A DNA stretch of 64,000 nucleotides from Paraglomus brasilianum (taxonomy: Eukaryota): positions 1 through 64,000 of the forward strand of contig CAJVPI010000001.1 in assembly GCA_910592345.1 (NCBI GenBank). The letters run 5' to 3'. The notes below the pieces were generated by a model. That model did no database searches. It saw nothing but the letters and a program-made list of their open reading frames with translations, and had not been told where the DNA came from. Each line of letters begins with the position of its first letter. Positions within the stretch are counted from its first letter, which is position 1. Positions 38,200 to 48,500 of this stretch are shown here, piece after piece. A program made the translations under genes and the position numbers.

Positions 38200-40075
38200 T
38201 CCGCCAGAATTAAAAGTAGAAAGAAGTTAAGAATACCTATCAATCTGCTCCTTCTGAACAAATCTTCAATCATAATTAACAACGTGATATCAATTATGAA
38301 TCTTCAAGGTATGACTGGCGCGGGTTTTCGTTTTCTTCGCAACTCACGTACTTGCTTAGGCTGATTTATCAGACTTTTGGCAGTACTTCTTGTACCATGG
38401 TTGCATTCTAAATAATGTACATCTATTAGCTTCTCCCGAACGCACTAAGCACGACATACCTCATTACTTAATCGCATTATGCGAACCGTATTGCTGATTC
38501 TTATAATAACGTGTATTACTTGTATGAGATGGCACGAGAACTGCAGCAGCTAAGCCGAGAAACTGCCGTCATCGCCATCCAATGCATTCTGTAAGAGTGA
38601 TAAGTTAACAAAGTAAATATCACACATCAAGCACCTTTTGCTTATCTAATTAAGCATTGAGTTATCGACACACTCACAACTTTGGTCGAGCAATCGCGAT
38701 CCTCATCGTGAAATGCATTCTGTAGAATCAATATGTTATCATGCTTATTAGATGCACGGACCCAGTTACACGTTTTAAAAACGCTCGCAATAGCTTTTCA
38801 TCTCTGCTTCCTAGTCACGACTCGCAAGAGAAATCGTCCACATCATCGCGGATACATTCTGTAAGAGCAAGGCAATTAAAATTTACTAAAACGTATTACG
38901 ATATCCGCATGCAATAAGTACCTATTTTTGGCATCGCGCTCGATTCGACGGCTGTGTCTACGATCATTGAGATTCTTGGCTGGATTTCAACGCAACGGCA
39001 TACACTTTTCAGAAGCAAGGCAGGTTCACAGCTGGCCTGATACGTTGTGATTCATCATCATGTGCATTCTGTAAGATTAATCTTGTGTAAAAGACAAATT
39101 ACCAGTCGCGAAAGCATCATTGCTTTTTCGCTGTTCAAACCGCAAATTATCAAACATCACCTTTCTCTGCCTTTCATGAAGCGATGCACGCATAACGTTG
39201 TTGCGATTGCCATGTCCAGCACTGTTAATTGGCGTTTCTTCAATGAGGTACCACATTGTCTAATGTATCTTCCTTTGAGCTCTCTCATTTATTGCCATTG
39301 CCTGAGCAACTGACACGCAAGAATGCTAGTAACGTCACTGATTGCGAAAAACCTATTATGGATAAAACCTAAAAACCGGCGATCTGTATCGTAAAAACAT
39401 GAGAATTAATATCGATATTGCCTAACGATAGACAAACCACAAAATAGCTAGCCAATATTTGGACGAGATCACCTTGAGGCTGAGAGCGTCATTCACGTCA
39501 TCAAGGCATCTAAAGAATAATGGAAATCAATATTGCTATCACCATTCATTCCCGGCTTTTATCAAGCAACGACGCAAGTTGACAAGATGTCGTACACGTC
39601 ACCTTCACTCTATAAGCTGAGATCAATGCAAGTGCTTGGTGAATTTACTAAAGCACTCATGAAGTAATGCAATCTCATAGTTTGAGCCAACTAATCGCAA
39701 TTGATATTGTTAACAAGCGAGTTATTATGGATGCGCACCATAGCTATGTGTGAGACTCTTTAACTTTCGCTCGCACTCTATCTTGGTAGCAATGCACACT
39801 TGCATCCGCGCTGGAAATCAGGATTATCAAGCGCATCCTGTTAAGATCATCATTTTTGCTAGCAAATGGAACGTGAATCAATTACGACCTATGCACGCAA
39901 TTACCGTAAAGTGTGTGTCGTCATAGCCACTTATCAACGCGTCTACTAAAATGACACTCAAATCACCGACATATCGGAACATTGCACGTAATAAAAAAAT
40001 CATACCCTCTTGCTATCAATTGAATAACTGCAATATTACTTTTCTTCAAAATAAACCAATCTGGTAATGCCACAT
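38200..40075 (-). pseudogene. Decayed intron-rich gene built of repeated short exons (HEAT/TPR-like solenoid?)
   Basis: At least eight minus-strand acceptors of the form (T/C)AG|(A/G)ATGCA-like with GT donors between them; exons begin NALD/DALD/NAFH/NAHD; in-frame stops are present. Confidence 0.45.
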
Positions 40076-40925
40076 TCCAAAATCAAGTGTAGCCACAGTA
40101 GTTGTACAATGACCATCTAATAACAGGGGTTGTTGTTGGGAGGGTTTTTTTGGGGAGGGGGGTTTTTTTTTTTGCTAATTATATTCCGACTTCCGAATGT
40201 ATTGTACGTCGATATCCATTAAATGGCATACGATGCATCTTTATGCAACGATACAAGTATAGTAATAATTAAAAGGACAATGACTCATGTGACAAGTGAT
40301 ATTCAAATGTCTGTGACAAAAACTTGCATTTAAAACTCATCACCTATTAAATATACTTTGCATATCACATTACGTACGCTATTGTGAAAGGCATAATAAT
40401 AGCCCACAACTCTTTACAAGGCCCATCAAGTTACAAGCTCATCGAATGCGCGTGGTGAATCAACAACATACAGCTTTCTTGTGTTCAAGTTTAGCAAAAA
40501 TGAAACCACTTGCCAGATCTGTTACATTTACAAGTGAATGCTTATATAGCAATGGCAGAATGACTAACGTTGGGCAAGTTATAGTATATGAAAAGTATAT
40601 AGTACATAAAGTATATGGTATAGTGTAATAATAGATATATCAATAAGTGCAATCACATTCTATATGTTGCAGATCTCAACATTTTCACTAGTATTGACAA
40701 TTAGTGTATTATCTGCGATTGTTTGTTAAACGCATTCTCAGCCTTCGGATACTACATGCATTGATTACTGAAATAGTAATTTAGTCTTAATGGGTCCCGT
40801 TAAATTTAATACATACATATAAGACCGACGAAGCTTGCTCTCTCATTAGCTTTGCACTTGTCGAGATCAAATATTTCTGTTCATAAAAGACTCAACTAGA
40901 ACGCAACATCTACCAAATTATAATC

Positions 40926-42252
40926 ATGTCAAAGGTAATGCATCACAATGCTTATAATACATGTTCTTTGACAAGATTTATTCACATTATCCCCATATAC
41001 CAAAGAAGAAAAACAAGAAGAAAAATAACAAGAACAATGTGTAAGTACTTTACATGATTGTATACCCACATATTGTCTGTCAATAATATTCTAATACGTT
41101 ATACGATTCTCAAAGTTTATTATATAGAGAAACTCCGTCTTTTCAAACAACAGTTGATTGGTTTAAGTACCTCAATAAAAGAAACAAGCCAAGGTCTAAA
41201 ACAGCAATATTTCTCATTTTCTGCTAATTACCATTGATCACTCATTATTATTATTATTATGTTAATTTATACTACAGATTTGACTTTGTTGCTATTGACT
41301 GTGAGATGGTAATAACCGACACCGGCACCGAATTGGCACGTGTAAGCATAGTTGATTACCAAGGAAAAGTTGCTCTCGATACGTTTGTAAAGCCACAAGA
41401 TCCCGTTACCGATTACAGAACTGATATTAGCGGAATCGTTCCAGAAAATTTGCAAAATGGTACAAATTATACGTAACGAAATAATTTTTATTTTTTTTTT
41501 TTTTTTTTTTGAATACTTGCTTTCTAACCAAAATTTACGTCTCCCTCATTTATATATACTTGTACAGCACCAGCCTTTCAAGCCGTGCGAAAAAAAGTGC
41601 GGCAGCTAATCAAATTCAAGTTTGTCGTCGGGCATGCCTTGAACTGTGATTTCAAGGTAGACATGAACGCATTATCAATCGACCAATAGAACGTTTAATA
41701 TGATGAATAAATTGCCTCTCACTAGTGCTACATATATTCCTTAGGCATTGCAATTAGGCTGTCAAGCAAAATTTAGACGAGACACGGCGGAATTTTTCCC
41801 TATTAAAGAAACGTGGAATGGAATCACGCCATCATTGAAAAATCTAGCGTCGGTATTTGGCTTGTCAATCCAAGATGGTATACACGATTCGGTAAGTACA
41901 AAGATTCTAACCCCCCCCCCCACTTCTCTCTGAACACCCTCTTTCATGAGATGTAACTTTAGTTGTTATATTTACATATAACCAGGTCGAAGATGCAAGA
42001 GCTGCTATGATTGTATACAGGAATTACGAAACTTTTTGGGAAGATTTTATATTTTATAAAACCGATCCAGAAAATCTGGTTACTTGCTTTTTTTGTCAAA
42101 AGCATGGGCACATAAAGTATTTTTGTGAACCTTGGAGAAAGCAGCAGCGACAAAGTAAACAAAAAGACGAACCCAGCATGGTTCAGGCTTCCTCTACTAT
42201 AGTACCCAATGGTACAGCAGAAAACTCTGAGAAATGCGGTTATATTAGTTAA
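40926..42252 (+). CDS. REX4/ISG20-like DEDDh 3'-5' RNA exonuclease with C-terminal CCHC zinc knuckle (about 7 exons)
   Basis: Exons 41278-41459 (FVAIDCEMV...LARVSIVD...DTFVKP...VTDYRT.ISGI), 41568-41656 (VVGHALNCDFK), 41745-41891 (RDTA...PSLKNLA...IQDGIHDS) and 41986-42252 (VEDARAAM...CFFCQKHGHIKYFC) join in frame through GT-AG introns. The 5' micro-exons (40926-40934, about 41006-41040, about 41128-41193; K/N-rich) are less certain. Confidence 0.88.
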
Positions 42253-42666
42253 CTGACGTAATAGCAATAATTTTTGTTAACCGTTTGCAATAAACGTATG
42301 TGGTAAAATTTTGATTACTTACTTGACTATTGTGCCTTTGGACATGGATATATCGATAAATATGAAAATAGTAGCAGTAGTAGGACGAGACCCGTATTTA
42401 TTGGCATGTTGGTTAGTGTCAACATACAACAGCAACACAACAGCAACATGTTAGAGCATTAACCGTTCCATGGCTTATAGCCTTTTTTATTATATTATGG
42501 ACAGCTAATTTCAAACATTCAATGAAAATTTAGAATAATCGATTTGCATGATCTTTTTCGTTTTGTTTGTTAGATTTGTGTCTCTACGTTCCTTGGAATA
42601 TGTGTCTAATTGGAAGGAAATCGGTACTATACTTGGCAATAAACGCGTATGATATCATTCAATATA

Positions 42667-43329
42667 TCATATTGTACAATCATTTGCGACACTCTCATTT
42701 ATGGCATAATCTGAACAACCTTCCAAACTTTCCCGATTAACTGTATACAGCCAAAGATCCATCTCGGGCGGGGATAAATTGTTGCCAGAGTATATCATTG
42801 ATTCTTGGCTATCAGAAACAAAATATTCGGAAGATTGAGTATCATTAAATATATTAATAGGTTGCGCCTCTGCAAAAAAGATTAAATTAATACGAATATA
42901 ATACTGCATGTTAACAAAATCTCAAGTCCCACGCTTACCGTTCGCTTTCATCGAAGCAAGCATGCCTGCGTATTTGTCCTTTATTTCGGCCAGCGACGTA
43001 AAAAAGTCTCGGACAGTTGCATTTTCAGTCATCCACTTTTTTGCTGCATCTCTTAAGTTTGCTTGATAAGGCGCCTTCCCACAATGCTGTACGCCAGCCG
43101 AGTAATTTTGATAATAAAGCAGAGATGCCTTGGTCTGGTGTTTATGGTGTGTATGGTGTTTATGTTGACGAGTTTTAATCGGGTTTCCAATCAATTTTTC
43201 AAGAGGTATCGATAGAACAAGAGGCGGGTTGGCAATAAGCGTTCTTTCCGATTCGGTCAATTGGGTCTCGAGAAATTCTCGGAGAGTAGGGTTCGGGGAT
43301 TGTGAATACAGTCGGAATCGTGATTGCAT
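42667..43329 (-). CDS. Divergent MATA-type HMG-box protein, 2 exons (43329-42939, 42869-42667)
   Basis: NPPLVLSIPLEKLI...KASLLYYQNY...AAKKWMTENATVRDFFTSLAE resembles the AM-fungal MATA_HMG pattern (PP.....ELI...PNAFILYR...W..E...V...F..LA); a 69-nt intron GTAAGC...TTGCAG joins ORFs 42922..43329 and 42667..42909 in frame. Confidence 0.7.
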
Positions 43330-45069
43330 TTTTCTTTCAGTTGCAAAGATGTTGCCATGCGTGTGTTAATAAAAGCAAGGGGTTTATATGTGTTTTTTCG
43401 GGTGATTATTGGTATGGTTGATATATTCTAACTTTATTATTAAGCCAGGCATAATTATAGACATTAATAATTTATCATAACATTAATGCCATTCATCACC
43501 GTAAATGCGAAAAACTCGACTACACTTTGGTAGTCAATTGTATTCGTCAATGCTGTATTCTGCTTTGTTTTTTTCGGATTAACATCACGGAACGATTCCG
43601 TCGAGGTTTGTTTGATCATCTAATATTATACAGTTGTACAATAATTAATAATGTTGAAGTTAAAATCATTCCTTTGTTTGAAATTATAGCGTATAGAATG
43701 CTTCTCTGGCGATAATTTTCCGCATTCCGTTATATAGCGCACAACATCCTATTAAATGGTATGAATGTCTTACTCCACTATATTCTTATTTATCCACTGT
43801 ATTCTTATTTAGAATGAATCGAGATATGTATCTATTTATCATATGTACTGTATGTATAGGATGCTCCAAGTGACTATATTCTATATAATGTAAATTAGGC
43901 CGATTATATATGCTGCCATTTAATTAATGTTTGGGAAAATCACCCTAAATAGAAACGTTACTTATGACTGAAAGTGGTATGAGCACATTACCTTATTACC
44001 CCCCGAAATAATTGGTTACGTAAGCGTCTCTACGAAAAAACAACCAAATAGATAAGCCACTAAAACTTGCAAGTTCTGTGATTTTCGAATGATGCAACCA
44101 TAAACAAGAAACTTACGATAAATATACTGACGATTGACATATTAATGTATACCAAGCCTATATGACAGATTTATACACCCCCCTGTGTACCCTACTAATA
44201 ATGTGCCAATAAAAACAGTCGCCTCTGGCTTTTCGTATTCTTCGGAATTCCACGAGGCCATATACTAAGTCAAGACATGAAAAGTTACGATGTGTAATGT
44301 AAGCTAACGATAATGCGGGAATTTATCTGCAGCCAATAGAAATTTAAAGAAATAATACGGTAATTTTGCGTTAGCATTAATATTAATCCGTAGTAGAATG
44401 GTTACGTCAATGTGTCTAATTTTGCAACAATCCATCGAAATTATTTTGGTCATCGCTTCTGGATACTTTGTATACGGTACTATTCGTTATCAATTTGTTT
44501 TAATTGCATCGCCAGGTCTAGATCTATCAGAAATTAGGCTTGGCTTGCTGCGTAATTGTAGAAGATTCTAGATGAAGATCTTGAAATTTTTTCAGAGTAC
44601 AAATTCATATTAAGACAACACTATACTACTATCCTTTAATATCCCGATCTGCGATGAAAAAGACATTCAACGATTAATTTCGTAAGGTTACCAATCCACG
44701 TAATCAATTCACAGTGTATAAATAAGTACATTTATATTTATTATCATTATGATTATCATTACATTTTACATAGTTTCCGGAGTCACAGGACTGCAAATTG
44801 TTGGTGGCACTAATTCACCTCTACGAATTGCGGCTTATCAAAGCTTTCTCATCATACGTAATACGACAACTTTGAAGCCGTAGTAAGGTACAAGTATACA
44901 TATTTATCGCTAGAACAATAGGTGACAGTAAACTCTGTTGCACGAAGCGACATTCTCTACATCTTTCAGTTCTGATAAAAAATACACCAATAGAACATCA
45001 ACTGATTAATGCTCCCCTGAACAGCTACCGAGAAAGTAGCATACAGTCAGATCGTTGCATAATTTATAT

Positions 45070-45083
45070 ACTTAAATACGCAC
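45070..45083 (+). promoter_or_regulatory. TATA-like core promoter motif of Sel1 gene 4
   Basis: ACTTAAATACGCAC about 125-135 bp upstream of ATG 45205; the CTTAAATACGCA core is identical to that of gene 1. Confidence 0.55.
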
Positions 45084-45204
45084 TTTCCCCACAACAAAAT
45101 TACCCATTCGACTCATTGGGATAATACACGTACTATATACACAGCTATCTACACACATAAGAGCATCTATACACGCATACAAATCAACCCCACCTCTATA
45201 CACA

Positions 45205-46263
45205 ATGGAATTTAGAGAGGAGTTTGATTTGTGTGTCAGAGCCGTTGAGGAGGAAAACATGGAAGCGATATATACCTTAGCCAACTGTTTTAAAACAGGA
45301 AAATATGTAGAAAAAGACGATCGAAAAGCTGCCGAATTATACGAAAAAGCCTCTGCCAAGGGACACACTCTGGCACAATATAACTTGGCGGTGTGTTATT
45401 ACGAAGGAGTCGGAGTAGTAAAGAACCATAAAAAAGCGTTCGAGCTTTACCAGAAAACAGCAGAAAACGGTCTTGTCGTCGCAGAATATAATCTATCAGT
45501 TTGTTATTATTACGGATTGGGAGTAGAGACGGATGTTTCAAAGGCAATCGAATTATGTCAACAAGCTGCTGAAAAGGAAGAAATGAGAGCGCAACATAAC
45601 CTCGGTGTGTTTTACAGAAACGGTGATGTTGTTGAACAAGACATTATGCAGGCATTTGTTCAGTTTAAGAAATCGGCCGAACAGGGATACGCGCCTGCAC
45701 TAGTCGATCTCGGCAGGTGTTTCGAGTTGGGGACGGGGACGGGAAAGAATGACGTAAGAGCGGTTGAATTATACCAAAAAGCAGTCAATCAGAAATATGC
45801 CCCGGGGCAATACAGGCTTGCTCGGTGTTATAGGAGTGGCACTGGAGTTGGAAGAAATAGTTTAAAAGTATTAGAGTTGTATCAAATGGCGGCACAGCAA
45901 TCGTATCCAAAGGCGTTGTATAGACTGGCCTTGTGCTACCTCCGTGTTGGGGGTAATCGGACTGCCGTTCAGTTGCTTCAGAGAGCAGCCGACGGGGGAC
46001 TTGCCGAGGCACAGTACAGTTTGGGAATTTGTTATCTAGGCGAAATTGGAGTGCAGCGTTGTTATCAAGAAGCAGAAAAATACTTGTTGCAGGCGGCGGG
46101 AAAAGGAAACAAGAATGCACAATTTACTCTTGGCTTGTGCCATGATGATATTTGCGGTCATTATAAACGAGTAACTAAACTATATGAATATGCAGCCGAT
46201 AAAGAAGATGCGACCGCACAACAACTTCAAGTGAATGGTAGTTGCAGCAGTCTTGATATCTAA
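45205..46263 (+). CDS. Sel1-like repeat protein, about 8-9 repeats
   Basis: Uninterrupted 352-aa ORF of Sel1 repeats (GHTLAQYNLAVCYYEGVGVVKN etc.). Confidence 0.92.
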   Translation: MEFREEFDLCVRAVEEENMEAIYTLANCFKTGKYVEKDDRKAAELYEKASAKGHTLAQYNLAVCYYEGVGVVKNHKKAFELYQKTAENGLVVAEYNLSVCYYYGLGVETDVSKAIELCQQAAEKEEMRAQHNLGVFYRNGDVVEQDIMQAFVQFKKSAEQGYAPALVDLGRCFELGTGTGKNDVRAVELYQKAVNQKYAPGQYRLARCYRSGTGVGRNSLKVLELYQMAAQQSYPKALYRLALCYLRVGGNRTAVQLLQRAADGGLAEAQYSLGICYLGEIGVQRCYQEAEKYLLQAAGKGNKNAQFTLGLCHDDICGHYKRVTKLYEYAADKEDATAQQLQVNGSCSSLDI

Positions 46264-47053
46264 CGGAACAGAAATCCAAATACAGAGAGTTATTATAACG
46301 AACATATAAGCATTAATTTTAGCATTGGATATAATTTGTCTATTATCGACCAGGTATATTGACAAATTTACGTTTGTTGAACGGTTTTTGCGTAGAAAAA
46401 GTCGTTGGCTTTTAAAAAAAATTTTTTGTTACAAATAAGCGTTTAAGATTGATAAATAAGGAAAGGTTCTAAACATACTATTCAAACATGTCACTCTTAT
46501 TTTGGTTCTATGGTAATATTATTACAAACGATGAACTTTATTACTCTTTCGAATTCGGGGGTAACGCTAACGTCCCAATGTTAATAATAATAAACCATTT
46601 CACATATTATAGTTTGTGCAATGCAAGATAATGAGAGGAAGTAATTTAAGGTTTGATTTTCCCTAATGTTTAACGTTCTTTGTAGATACTAAATTGTGAA
46701 ATTGGCAATTTATTTACAATAGAACGCCAGAACAATGGCTATTATGGTACAAAACCACATGTTGTGTCGGTTATAGAGCCTATGTTATCTGCGTTATGGT
46801 CAATAAAAGTACTGCGCTTTAGTATTATAACTGTTAATAGTAACACTAACAGGCACTACTTGTTCTTTGTTAAAAATAATGCATTATTCAAAAACTCGCC
46901 CCGTCTATTGGCTCATTATATGCCCTTTATTAACAACTCAGGTGGAGATAATAATAGCATAACAATAAAATTCTTAAAAATGCTTTACAGAAAAATAATC
47001 AAGTTTTAACATATCTCGCATAAAGATAACAAATACCTCAGTAAATAAACGCT

Positions 47054-48500
47054 TCAAGGCCCAAATAGTGGTACGATCGGATCGAACGCGACGCCCATCC
47101 TATAATATTCATCAAAGCTATTGAGTGCGTCGTTCCAACGATTCGCGTTACTGAGAGTTTCTGCAACTTTGGTGGAAGAAAATAGCAAGAGTATTGCGAC
47201 TCTCACACTAGATAACTCCTTCATTAAGTATCGAGCCACTATCGAGTCAACACCAAGTTTTACAAGCAGGTAACGATACACTGCCGGAGTGTACTTGGTA
47301 AACGTCCAATCCATCGGAAGTTGGTGAGGATTGTCTAAATATATTCTAATTGGGTTGACTATTCTATAATTTTCGAATAACTCGACGATTTTTTCATGAG
47401 GGGGTTTGATTCGACTAATTATAAGATCTAGTAAAATAACGGTTCTTAATTCCCTCGAAGGACTCAATAATATTTCTAGAAAATTATTAATAACGTCTTC
47501 CTCGGCGTAACCACAAAAGGTGGTGTACGCACTAAGAAGTGTTACACCTATCGGGCTTATAATGTATTGTTCGATATAAAGAATAATGTCGACAAAAAGT
47601 ACGGCAGACAGCCGGAATCCAAGCTGCCTTAGATGGACTAGCGTTTGCACGACCTGGTCTAGAGTAGGTTCGACCCAGCTGTCTGGAGGCGGACATGGAT
47701 ACAGCATTAACATTGCACCTTGGATTACATATTCGTTCGTATCATCTGTAATATGCTCGTATCCTATTCTTTGCCAGCATCCGATTAGCGCTGGACATAG
47801 GAAAATTGCACGGGAGACAGCTTGCATCTGCCGTCCAGAGTCGTATCGGGTTTCGTAAAAGAATTCGTACGGTAGTTTTGGTTTTATAGGGAAAGGAACG
47901 AGATGGTATATTTCGATCAACATTTTAATTTCGTCTAGATGATCCAATATGGTCTGTCGAGCTTGGCTGATTGGTTGTGGTCCTCCCGTGAGGTAATAGA
48001 ACGCCTCCATATCATCGCAAGGATCCGGGATATTTTCTCTACCGAATTTTTCGTTCCCCTCTTGAAGGAACCGTGTATAAACTTCTTGAGGCAGATCAAC
48101 TACCCGTGGACTTTCAAACCTGTGTTTGTTAGAGATTATTAAGTTTATGTGCAACTTTCAATCCAATAGGTTTATCATCATCATACCTTTCAAATCCAGT
48201 CATCAATCTCTGGATAAAGTATCGGCTAAGATGAGCATGTTGAGCGAGTAAGCAATTGACTACTTGAAGATTAATAAATGGGTTGCCAATTCGTATGCCA
48301 TGAAATAATGCGTGGGTTGTACCGTATCTTTGGATCAACCACTTGGACTTTGTAACTGGTGCGTTCACAATATTATACCAATTATGAGAACATTTGGCCA
48401 GCTTTGAGGGATTTTCCAGGTAAAGTATAATTTCTGTTTTAAGTTCGTTCGGTAAGTCATCGAAATGGCAGGCCGGTAAGTTGGCAATGTGAGAATCCAT
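47054..48500 (-). CDS. F-box-like N-terminal protein of a family expanded in AM fungi; split into two frames (intron 48186-48120 or a frameshift)
   Basis: N-terminal FDDLPNELKTEIILYL (F-box-like) and KSKWLIQRYGTTHALFHGIRIG..FI...LSRYFIQRL, continuing in ORF 47054..48154 (LIGCWQRIGYEHITDDTNEYVIQGAMLMLYP); TATATATA at about 48541-48548. Confidence 0.72.
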
